This document shows positions 39,765 to 47,991 of a stretch of DNA of 64,000 bases, in pieces (position 1 is the first letter of the stretch; each line of letters begins with the position of its first letter). The notes below the pieces were generated by a model that ran no database searches, was not told where the DNA came from, and saw only the letters and a list, made by a program, of their open reading frames with translations. Made by a program: the position numbers and the translations under genes. Origin of the DNA: Ignavibacteriota bacterium (lineage in GTDB: Bacteria > Bacteroidota > Ignavibacteria > UBA10030); assembly GCA_963701295.1 (NCBI GenBank), contig OY969585.1:1120001-1184000 (forward strand), written 5' to 3'.

Positions 39765-39799
39765 GGGCAAAAAACAATTACAAATACAGGAGAATGAAA

Positions 39800-40564
39800 A
39801 TGTATATGCAAAGAAAAAGAATGCTATTCCTTTATTTAATCTTGATGTCAGTCACGATTAACTTACAATCGCAAGATACATCATCAGAACGAAATTCTTT
39901 GAAAGCAGGTGCTTGGGCATTGCAGTTTGGGATTTCCAGTAACTTTACGCTCACATCATTTCAAGGAAGTAATATAGCGTTCAAATATCAATTATCCGAC
40001 AAGAGCGCTCTTCGTGGAGGAATAACAATTAACGGTAGCACTAATGATGGAACCACTTCAAATTCTGGATCAATCGATGATACCAGCTATGGTACTGCTC
40101 CGGGAAGCAGCTCAACGGAATCCGCAACTGCCTCTTTTGTTCTCCAATACTTATGGTATATGAATCCAAACGGCCCCGTACATTTCTACACTGGACTTGG
40201 TCCATTAGTTTCATACAGCTATTCCAAGTATTCCACAAATAATCCTTATTCATCTACTGTATATGATAGCGGAAGTTATCGCGGGTATTGAAATCGAAAT
40301 ATAAGTACTTCAAACTCTACCCAATGGGGATTTGGTGTATCGTGTGTTATTGGCGTCGAATGGTTTGCTTGCCAATGGTTATCCTTGCATGCAGATTACA
40401 ATGAAAGCATCCAATATCGATGGGGTTCGAATTCATCGAATCAAGAATGGTCTTCTTCGACCAGTCCAAATTTTATACCTTCTCAAACTAATAATTCTGG
40501 AACAAGCAAAGGATGGTCTTTAAGCAGTTCTAGCGTTGCATTCGGGCTAAATATATATTTGTAA
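39800..40564 (+). pseudogene. Cassette 4: outer-membrane beta-barrel protein interrupted by an in-frame TGA (40289-40291)
   Basis: Frame continues past TGA: NRNISTSNSTQWGFGVSCVIGVEWF...SSSSVAFGLNIYL*, ending 9 nt before attC4. Confidence 0.75.
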
Positions 40565-40572
40565 ATTTGCCC

Positions 40573-40789
40573 GCCTAACCAGGCGCTCAAGCTCTGCTTG
40601 TCCAGAAGAATGAATCACAGCCGGAGGCCTGAGAATGTCATTGCACGAAGTGCAATACAAATTTATTGGATGCAAAATTCATGGCGAGCAAAGGTTGAGT
40701 ACAAATTTGAAAGTTATCAGCATGAACTTGTTTCGTTTAGTGTATTTTGAAAATTATCAGCGCCGCAGCTTAGTTGCCAATCGTTAGGC
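40573..40789 (+). other. attC4 (217 bp) with internal replacement segment at about 40594-40667
   Basis: GCCTAAC-CAGGCGCTCAAGCT ... GCAGCTTAG-TTGCCAATC-GTTAGGC. Confidence 0.85.
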
Positions 40790-40830
40790 AGCAACACAAA
40801 GTATCTTACTAATATAACTAGGAGAAAATA

Positions 40831-41142
40831 ATGACAAACAATCTTACCCCACAGGAAGAAAAGCAACTTCTTGAGATGCTAAAAAACCAGCCGCGAGATA
40901 TTCGTTCTATCAATATTACTGCAAATCTTTTTCTGGTATTTGGTGGTTGTTTTATAGTTGGCACGGCGTTTTATTTACTCAAACACTTTACGGATAATGT
41001 AGCATATTTTGTAGGTCTACCAAATTTCGTTGGAGGGATGATATTGATCGTTAGTTATATTTTGCTTTCGAGGAGAGTAATCCGAATGAAACAGTTAAAC
41101 TCAATATTATCAAAGCTGCATAAAATGATTATTGCTGCCTAA
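40831..41142 (+). CDS. Cassette 5: hypothetical 2-TM protein
   Basis: AGGAG RBS; stop codon lies inside the attC R'' box (GCCTAAC). Confidence 0.8.
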   Translation: MTNNLTPQEEKQLLEMLKNQPRDIRSINITANLFLVFGGCFIVGTAFYLLKHFTDNVAYFVGLPNFVGGMILIVSYILLSRRVIRMKQLNSILSKLHKMIIAA

Positions 41143-41290
41143 CCAGGCGCTCAAGCTGACGGAATGAGCTGGGTGCGAAATTCATGGCGAGCATAGGTTA
41201 GTACAAGATTGAGAGAACCAGTATGAACTTGTTTCGTTGGTTGCATTACGAAACTTATAAACGCCGCAGCTTAGTGCCTGTCCGTTAGGG
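41137..41290 (+). other. attC5 (154 bp), uninterrupted reference form
   Basis: GCCTAAC-CAGGCGCT[C]AAGCTG[A]C ... GCAGCTTAG-TGCCTGTCC-GTTAGGG; two extrahelical bases at canonical positions. Confidence 0.9.
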
Positions 41291-41313
41291 CTATAATATT
41301 AAAGGAGTTCAAA

Positions 41314-41871
41314 ATGGATAAACATGAATTCTTAAAACAGCAATATATTTCATTACGAGAGGAAATTAAGGAAACTAAGGCACGTATTTTTAAAACCTTA
41401 GGTTTCGGTATTATTGCTGTTCCTGCTGCTAATTTTCTAGGAGAATCCTATCACATTGATGTTGTTATTCTATCGTTACCATTACTTGTCATTGTTCTTG
41501 CATTTCTATATTTATCAGAGAATAATGCTAAGATGAGATGTGGTAGATTTATAAGAATCCATATTGAAAGTTTATTCAAAGATATCCCTGGTTGGGAAAC
41601 CTGGCTTGAAAATCCTGAGGAGGAATATCAAACAAGAATTGTTGATATATATCTTGATGCTTGTTTTTATATCCTATTCTTCATTTACTATGTTGGTTCT
41701 GTTTTTCTTGAAACAAGATTTTCAATTCAAAATTTTCATCTTTTGATTACTGCTATGATACTTGGCTTTTACGTAGCAATTGGTATTTGGTTCTTAATAC
41801 ACTTAATTACACATATTCAAGTCTCTACGACAATTAAAATGGATAAGGACAAATTACAACATAAGCCCTAA
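41314..41871 (+). CDS. Cassette 6: hypothetical 4-TM protein
   Basis: AAAGGAG RBS; QYISLREEIK...R.GRFIR..IE......GWE; stop inside the R'' box. Confidence 0.8.
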   Translation: MDKHEFLKQQYISLREEIKETKARIFKTLGFGIIAVPAANFLGESYHIDVVILSLPLLVIVLAFLYLSENNAKMRCGRFIRIHIESLFKDIPGWETWLENPEEEYQTRIVDIYLDACFYILFFIYYVGSVFLETRFSIQNFHLLITAMILGFYVAIGIWFLIHLITHIQVSTTIKMDKDKLQHKP

Positions 41872-42082
41872 CCAAGTGCTCAAGCTCGGCTTGTCCAGAA
41901 GAATGCATCACAGCCGGAGGCCTGAGAATGTCATTGCACGAAGTGCAATACAAATTTATTGGATGCAAAATTCATGGCGAGCAAAGGTTGAGTACAAATT
42001 TGAAAGTTTTCAGCATAAACTCGTTTCGTTTTCAGCAACTTGAAATTTATCAGCGCCGCAGCTTAGCGCCGATCCGTTATAC
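41866..42082 (+). other. attC6 (217 bp), near-duplicate of attC4
   Basis: CCCTAAC-CAAGTGCTCAAGCT ... GCAGCTTAG-CGCCGATCC-GTTATAC. Confidence 0.85.
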
Positions 42083-42152
42083 CGCTTGCGTTTTAAGGTA
42101 AGTTGGCCGAATTTAGCAACACTATTAATAAAATGAAATAAGGAGATAAACC

Positions 42153-42527
42153 ATGAATATTTTCTTATGGGTTCTTCAAATTCTTCTTGCCTTGCATACC
42201 ATCATGGGTGCAGTTTGGAAGTTTTCCAATTCGGAACAAACCGTACCTTCCTTGAGTACAATTCCTCATGGATTTTGGCTGACGTTGAGCGTCATTGAGC
42301 TGCTTTGTAGTTTGGGTTTGATCCTCCCTGCACTAAATAAGCGACTAGGCGTCCTGGTGCCGGTCGCGGCGGTTTGTATTGCAGCTGAAATGCTGCTCTT
42401 TTCCGGATTGCATATTTACTCCGGTGACACGAATTACAACCAAATGATATATTGGCTCGTCGTGGCTGCCATATGTTCGTTTATTGCTTACGGTAGATTT
42501 GTGTTGAAACCTCTTAGACGTCCTTAA
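42153..42527 (+). CDS. Cassette 7: DoxX family membrane protein
   Basis: MNIFLWVLQILLA....GA.WK, IELL..LGLILP, FIAYGR. Confidence 0.85.
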   Translation: MNIFLWVLQILLALHTIMGAVWKFSNSEQTVPSLSTIPHGFWLTLSVIELLCSLGLILPALNKRLGVLVPVAAVCIAAEMLLFSGLHIYSGDTNYNQMIYWLVVAAICSFIAYGRFVLKPLRRP

Positions 42528-42573
42528 ATAAGAAGTCAATCAATATGAGTTATGCAAAAAAATGTCGCAAGCG

Positions 42574-42761
42574 GTATAACCAGGCGCTCAAGCTGACCGG
42601 ATGAGCGCCCGCCCAAAGATAAACATGGCGGGTAAATGGGCACGTTAAGCATGGCGCGTAGAGGTTCAGATGTTTAATAATAAACTTTTCAGCATGAACT
42701 TGTTTCGTATAGTACATATTGAAAGGTATCAGTGGCGCAGCTTATGCGCCATCTGTTAGGG
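42574..42761 (+). other. attC7 (188 bp) with CCCGCC/GGCGGG hairpin at 42608-42632
   Basis: GTATAAC-CAGGCGCTCAAGCTGAC ... GCAGCTTA-TGCGCCATCT-GTTAGGG. Confidence 0.87.
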
Positions 42762-42786
42762 CGCATTCAAAATAAAGGAGAATTAA

Positions 42787-43203
42787 ATAAAAAGTAGAAA
42801 AAAATATATTCCACTCATATTCATTATTCCAGCACTAATACGCTCAATTAATCATCCTCCTCAATTGACATCGGGTTCTATAGGATTATTTGTAGTTATT
42901 CTTCTTTTAGTTGGTTTGTTCGTTTATTTAGAAAAAAGTATGGAGAAAAGAATTCGTAGGTTCGATAGAATCAAAGATCATCGATTCCTCTATATATTAA
43001 GTTTTAGTTTACTTTGCGGCTTACCTCTATCATTGGTATTAACTTGGTCATGGGAGTCTCAAATAAAATTATTGTACGCCATTCTTTTTATTGTATTGCC
43101 GACAGTCGTAATTTTTGGATGGACTGGATTGATGGATTGGAAAGAATGTCAGAAAAAATATCTCGAATTGAAATATTCACAACACGCAAATAATGCGACC
43201 TAA
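42787..43203 (+). CDS. Cassette 8: hypothetical membrane protein; start codon appears to be ATA
   Basis: AAAGGAG RBS followed 6 nt later by in-frame ATA; open frame to TAA within the R'' box. Confidence 0.65.
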   Translation: MKSRKKYIPLIFIIPALIRSINHPPQLTSGSIGLFVVILLLVGLFVYLEKSMEKRIRRFDRIKDHRFLYILSFSLLCGLPLSLVLTWSWESQIKLLYAILFIVLPTVVIFGWTGLMDWKECQKKYLELKYSQHANNAT

Positions 43204-43260
43204 CCAGGCGCTCCCCGAAAAAAGAATTCGGGGCAGGCAAGCTGTCCGAATGAGCATTGA
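43198..43260 (+). other. attC8, left half only, with 25-bp hairpin insert at 43214-43238
   Basis: ACCTAAC-CAGGCGCTC[insert]AAGCTGTCCGAATGAGC; no right arm found before rarD. Confidence 0.7.
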
Positions 43261-43414
43261 CTCGCCTCTTTTTTCTTATTTATTATAAGAGTGAATTGAT
43301 GGAATGCGGGAGATGTAATAGTCTATCTCACCGATTGTCGTTCGTTGATCATGATTATTCTTCAGGAGAAGATCAAATGAAAGTGAAAAAAGAAAATGGT
43401 TCTCAGGTGAAACT

Positions 43415-44305
43415 ATGAACAAAGGAGTTTGGTACGCTATCGGAGCTTATGGAAGCTGGGGATTATTACCAATATATTGGAAATTGCTCCATCATGTTCC
43501 TGCATTGCAATTAATCAGCCATCGCATTATATGGTCTTTTCTTGCTCTCATCGTAATTATTCTTTGTATCCGTCAGTGGGCGGGTTTCCGTTCAAAAGTG
43601 TTTTCTTGGAATGTTCTTCGCGTGTACTGTTTAGCAGCGGTGCTGATCGGTGTCAACTGGCTGACGTATGTGTGGGCGGTCAATGCAGGTCATATTGTTG
43701 AATCCAGTCTCGGATATTTCATCAATCCTTTGCTCAGTGTATCTATAGGAGTGTTCTTCCTTCATGAGCATCTGCGCCCGAGGCAATGGATCTCTATCGC
43801 ATTAGCCGCGGCAGGGGTTCTCTTCCTTGCGATAGTTCATGGTTCTATCCCGTGGATCGCTCTCACGCTTGCTTTTTCATTTGCGTTCTACGGCCTCGTA
43901 AAAAAAACAGCGCCGCTCGGTTCGCTGTACGGCTTGACACTGGAAACTGGGATTCTACTACTTCCTGCATTGTTCTTTCTGTTTATTTCTGATATGAACG
44001 GTAGGGGAGCGTTTCTCCACACAGGCACAATGGCTGATATCCTCTTAGCTGGCGCGGGAATCGTCACAACCATCCCGCTGCTGATGTTTGCATCGGCAGC
44101 CCGGCGTATTCCGCTTTCGCTGATAGGTATTCTACAATATATCTCCCCGACGCTGCAGTTTCTTATCGGTGTGTTGATTTATCATGAGTCGTTCACGTTC
44201 ATTCAGTTTATCGGATACGCCATTGTCTGGCTCGCATTGATTCTTTTTGGAGCGGAAAGTTTCTTTGCTTATCGAACACAGATTGCTGTTATGGAACCTG
44301 AATAA
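43415..44305 (+). CDS. rarD: EamA family transporter RarD
   Basis: Y..WG.LP.YWK, HRIIWS, NW..YVWAVN.GH.VE.SLGYFINPL, YG..KK, LQYISPT.QF. Confidence 0.95.
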   Translation: MNKGVWYAIGAYGSWGLLPIYWKLLHHVPALQLISHRIIWSFLALIVIILCIRQWAGFRSKVFSWNVLRVYCLAAVLIGVNWLTYVWAVNAGHIVESSLGYFINPLLSVSIGVFFLHEHLRPRQWISIALAAAGVLFLAIVHGSIPWIALTLAFSFAFYGLVKKTAPLGSLYGLTLETGILLLPALFFLFISDMNGRGAFLHTGTMADILLAGAGIVTTIPLLMFASAARRIPLSLIGILQYISPTLQFLIGVLIYHESFTFIQFIGYAIVWLALILFGAESFFAYRTQIAVMEPE

Positions 44306-44316
44306 AAGTATTTATC

Positions 44317-44345
44317 TTGAAATTTGAACGAGTAAAAAGTAAATT
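44317..44345 (+). promoter_or_regulatory. Putative sigma70-type promoter
   Basis: TTGAAA-17 nt-TAAATT upstream of the YfiT-like gene. Confidence 0.5.
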
Positions 44346-44442
44346 AAGTACCATAACTTCTGAAGTGCTTTAATTTTAGATTGACCGATAATAAGTCAAA
44401 TGGTAGAATCATTCCAATTTTTTCTAAAATGAAAGGAGATAA

Positions 44443-44979
44443 ATGACTGTGAGTGAAAATCTTCAATATCCGATTGGCAAATACAAGAAGCCGGAACACA
44501 TCGACGCGGGACAGAGAGAACGTTTCATTCAGGAAATTGCCGCAGTGCCGAAGGAACTCCGCAAAGCGGTTGAAGGATTGAATGAGTTACAGCTCAACAC
44601 ACCGTATCGCGAAGGCGGCTGGACAGTCCGGCAAGTCGTCCATCATCTTCCCGACAGCCATATAAATGCATACGTACGGCTGAAACTCGCACTGACGGAA
44701 CATGAGCCGGATATTAAGACGTACAAAGAAGCATTATGGGCTGAGCTTCCCGATGTGAAGACGGTTCCGATTGAAATCTCATTGGCTCTTCTTGATGCGC
44801 TCCATGCGCGATTGATTGCCTGCCTGCGGGGCCTTGATAGTGATGCATTTGAAAAGAAATTTCGACATCCTGCAATGGGCCTTATGTCCCTGAACGAACA
44901 ACTGGCGCTCTATGCGTGGCATGGGAAGCATCATGTCGCTCATATCACAAGCCTGCGGCAGCGTATGGGATGGAAATGA
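44443..44979 (+). CDS. YfiT/BstA family bacillithiol transferase (DinB superfamily)
   Basis: LQYPIG, TPYREGGWTVRQVVHHLPDSH.N.Y.R.KLALTE, YAWHGKHH.AHI. Confidence 0.92.
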   Translation: MTVSENLQYPIGKYKKPEHIDAGQRERFIQEIAAVPKELRKAVEGLNELQLNTPYREGGWTVRQVVHHLPDSHINAYVRLKLALTEHEPDIKTYKEALWAELPDVKTVPIEISLALLDALHARLIACLRGLDSDAFEKKFRHPAMGLMSLNEQLALYAWHGKHHVAHITSLRQRMGWK

Positions 44980-45006
44980 TTATGGTTTTGAAATTCATTT
45001 TGGGAA

Positions 45007-45447
45007 ATGGCAATGACTGAATTACCGATTACCTATCGCGGTGTTGTCCATCCATGGCAGTGCGATCTGATGGGGCATATGAATGTCGTGTGGTATGTAA
45101 GTAAGTTTGACGACGCAGCGTGGCAGCTTTTTGCGATGATGGGGCTGGATGTCAGCTATTTTAACCGCACGCACTGCGGTGTCGCCGCACTTCAGCAAAA
45201 CATTACATACAAGGCAGAAATCCATCCCGGAAGCACAGTCACCATTCGTTCGGGCATTCTTGAACTCAAAGAGAAAACCGTCCGGTTCGTCCACGAAATG
45301 CGCAATGATGCAACCGGAGAAATCGCCGCTGTGATGGAGTTGACAGCCGTGCATTTCAACATGAAAAAAAGAAAATCATGCCCATTTCCTGCGGCAACGG
45401 CAAAACGCAGTAGGAATCTGATTGTGCAGTACGATGCAGAAACTTAA
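45007..45447 (+). CDS. 4HBT/FcbC-like acyl-CoA thioesterase
   Basis: TYRGVVHPWQCD.MGHMNV.WY. Confidence 0.88.
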   Translation: MAMTELPITYRGVVHPWQCDLMGHMNVVWYVSKFDDAAWQLFAMMGLDVSYFNRTHCGVAALQQNITYKAEIHPGSTVTIRSGILELKEKTVRFVHEMRNDATGEIAAVMELTAVHFNMKKRKSCPFPAATAKRSRNLIVQYDAET

Positions 45448-45633
45448 ACGTTAAAAAAGAAAGCTGGTGCTCACTCTGCCTTTTAAGACTATATAATCTT
45501 CATTTCCATATTTCTCGGCAAGCCGACGTGGAATGCAATTTGAGTTAACAGAATTGTTTAACAAGCCAGATGAGCTCGACATCTTCTAAGTGTGGTGTGA
45601 TAATATATATCGCACAAAAAGAGGGAGTACGTT

Positions 45634-46293
45634 ATGAATTACATGAAGATATTTCTGTATTCACAATTGATCATTTGTTTAGCTCTTCTCAGCTTTTTTG
45701 ATCTCCTTGTCATCGCAAATGGTATTTTTAAAATCGTTTTGAAAACGAATCCCCCAATTGATAAAGACACTAAGATTCTTGGCTCGTCAAATACATCAAA
45801 CAGTAATTCAGAAGTTCATAATTCAACCTTAATATCTATTCTTCTGAAGTATTTGGCAATAGATGCTAACCAATTATCGCAACAAAAAAATAGTATAATT
45901 CAAATTCGCCTTTTCTATGCGGCAATCCTAACGGGGCTTGTGTCATATCTATTTAGCAGTAATAATCCCTTGATCGCATTGTTTATTTTGTTTTTAATTC
46001 TAATAATGTATTTATTAGAAGTACACTTTAATGACTTAATAAATAGGAGTGAGATAGGTTACTTTATCATGCGCAAAGCAGTTGAACGGTTAATTAACTT
46101 GAAGCCGAAAAATAATAAATGGTATATTCTAAATTTTAAATCTCTTCTTAAACAGCAGGAGAATGCTAGTAATCATAGATGGCGGAGAAAATTCTTCTCT
46201 GCTTGTAATCCAAATATCGAGCAAATAATATTCTACTGTATTCCTTGGCTTGGGATAAGTTTATATCTAATTTATTTAATAATAATTAAATGA
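45634..46293 (+). CDS. Hypothetical AT-rich membrane protein (cassette-like)
   Basis: GAGGGAG RBS; 4 TM; followed by a degenerate attC-like sequence. Confidence 0.65.
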   Translation: MNYMKIFLYSQLIICLALLSFFDLLVIANGIFKIVLKTNPPIDKDTKILGSSNTSNSNSEVHNSTLISILLKYLAIDANQLSQQKNSIIQIRLFYAAILTGLVSYLFSSNNPLIALFILFLILIMYLLEVHFNDLINRSEIGYFIMRKAVERLINLKPKNNKWYILNFKSLLKQQENASNHRWRRKFFSACNPNIEQIIFYCIPWLGISLYLIYLIIIK

Positions 46294-46366
46294 CTATCAA
46301 TTGATAGGTCTCTCGGTTGGAGATATACAATCACTAAGTTTGAGTGTATTTAAATAAAAATCGGCA

Positions 46367-46530
46367 GTCCGAACAAGCGTCGGTGTGTTAACCATGGCTT
46401 ACAAACGTGCACTACATAATTGTGAGCCAGAAGCTTATGAGCCTTTTGCCTCAAAAAATGATGTGAATGAACTTGTTTCTGTTAGTACATTATTTGTAAT
46501 TTGTCAGCGGCGCAAGCAACTCAAGCTGAG
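46367..46530 (+). other. Degenerate attC relic
   Basis: Contains ATGAACTTGTTTCTGTTAGTACA...TCAGCGGCGCA, matching the conserved inner/right part of attC1-7; R boxes degraded. Confidence 0.45.
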
Positions 46531-46537
46531 TAATACT

Positions 46538-47296
46538 ATGGATTCTTCGATATCAAGAAAGCTTCGCAGGGCTTTTCGAAACCTCCCTAATCTTTGGAGT
46601 GGCTACAATATCTACGTAAATCGCGACAAGCTTGACCTGATCAAATTGACGTTTAGCAAGCTCAATCCCAAAGCAAGGTCGTTTGCAGATCTCGGAGGTG
46701 TCTGGAAGGTGAATGCGGCTTACTGCCTCTACACCATCAAGAACTTTCAAATCGAAAAGGGAATCTTGGTCGACACGGACTTTCCACCAACGCTTGCCGC
46801 GAAACTGCAACGATACACGAATCTTCAAGTTCTGCAAGGTGATTTTGCAGATCGATCGGTTGTGGACAGGATCGGCCAGGTTGACGTTATCTTCTTCTTC
46901 GATGTTCTTTTGCATCAGGCAAATCCAGATTGGGACCAGATCATTGAGCGCTATGCAAGCAGCTGCTCCTGTTTCATAATTTATAATCAACAGTTTGTTC
47001 GAGGCGAGGAGACCGTCCGCCTTACAAACTTGCCGTTCGAAAAATACATCGAATTAGTTTCGGATCATGGGAAGGATCTGACCCATTACATTTACGAACA
47101 CAGGGAGGAGATTCATCCGAAGTATAGAAAACCGTGGAAGGATATTCACAATATCACGCAATGGGGTATCACTGACCGAGGACTGCGGCAGACCATGGCA
47201 CGATTAGGTTTCAGGGAAGTTTTTTACATGAACTACGGAATGTTTATTAACTTGCCTGCATTCGAGAATCATGCATTTGTTTTTATGCGAGGATGA
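46538..47296 (+). CDS. Class I SAM methyltransferase-like protein
   Basis: SFADLGGVW, LQGDF, FFFDVLLHQ.NP; start set at MDSSI because the upstream extension lies in the attC relic. Confidence 0.65.
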   Translation: MDSSISRKLRRAFRNLPNLWSGYNIYVNRDKLDLIKLTFSKLNPKARSFADLGGVWKVNAAYCLYTIKNFQIEKGILVDTDFPPTLAAKLQRYTNLQVLQGDFADRSVVDRIGQVDVIFFFDVLLHQANPDWDQIIERYASSCSCFIIYNQQFVRGEETVRLTNLPFEKYIELVSDHGKDLTHYIYEHREEIHPKYRKPWKDIHNITQWGITDRGLRQTMARLGFREVFYMNYGMFINLPAFENHAFVFMRG

Positions 47297-47330
47297 CCGT
47301 TCGACCCTCTCGAGTCATTGCAGGCTTGCG

Positions 47331-47441
47331 GTCTATCCAGGCGCTCACTCGGTTTGTCTATGGAAAATATGAATATGGACTGCTTTGTGAAAGAATCTCA
47401 TCGTTCATTGAAGTTACGAGGCAGGCTCGGCATCGTTAGGT
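47331..47441 (+). other. Degenerate attC relic
   Basis: GTCTATCCAGGCGCTCA (cf. GCCTAACCAGGCGCTCA) ... CATCGTTAGGT. Confidence 0.5.
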
Positions 47442-47543
47442 GAGCGCCATCGGAGTATCATGAAACATTGCATGGTATCATCTCGTATAAGAAATCGTTC
47501 CTATAAATCAATTCTCTCCATAACCACATAAGGAGCAATACAA

Positions 47544-47972
47544 ATGGAAAAGCATATTTCACTCGTGGCAATTCTGAATATCGTGTACCGCTCGCTGGCA
47601 ATCATCGGAGCGATTGTTCTCTTCTGCATTGCGTATGGATTCAGCTTTCTTATGAGGTTCATTTCGCATTGCAGCCACAATGAGATACAAGAGATCCCGG
47701 CGGAAGTATTTGGCATCGTACAGATTGTTCTTACAGTTATTGGTATTCTCGTTTTAATTTTTGCTGTCGTCGGAATCATCGGCGCTATCGGCGTAATCAG
47801 GAAAAAGGAATGGGGACGTATTACCTTGCTTATTGTATCATTCTTCAGCTTGCTCAGCATTCCGCTTGGCACTATTCTTGGAGTGTATAGCATTTGGGTC
47901 CTTTTGAACGACGAGACGATTCGGCTCTTTAATCCGGTTCCCAACACTTCGGCCAAGAAAACAGCAAAATAA
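47544..47972 (+). CDS. Hypothetical membrane protein
   Basis: AAGGAG RBS; WGRI......F..L.IP.GT.LG.Y..WVL. Confidence 0.75.
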   Translation: MEKHISLVAILNIVYRSLAIIGAIVLFCIAYGFSFLMRFISHCSHNEIQEIPAEVFGIVQIVLTVIGILVLIFAVVGIIGAIGVIRKKEWGRITLLIVSFFSLLSIPLGTILGVYSIWVLLNDETIRLFNPVPNTSAKKTAK

Positions 47973-47991
47973 TTTCCGGATATTTTCTTTT

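Larger units (their letters stand above)
34965..43260 (+). mobile_element. Integron gene-cassette array (CALIN-like; no integrase in window), 8 cassettes
   Basis: Eight co-oriented single ORFs, each followed by a related RYYYAAC...CAAGCT...GCAGCTTA...GTTRRRY element (the last truncated). Confidence 0.88.

Noticed and set aside
40289-40291. TGA recoding (selenocysteine or alternative genetic code)
   Set aside because: Many genes here end normally in TGA and use TGG for Trp; the context is a barrel loop, so a nonsense mutation is simpler.
36308-43260. Repeats as a CRISPR array (GTTT...ATTGAAAG resembles some repeat ends)
   Set aside because: Units are 150-220 bp, degenerate, separated by whole genes and carry attC boxes; no cas genes and no 30-40 bp spacers.
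36460-46537. ORF-track starts at 36460, 39749 and 46385
   Set aside because: These extensions begin inside attC sequences; downstream ATGs were used instead.
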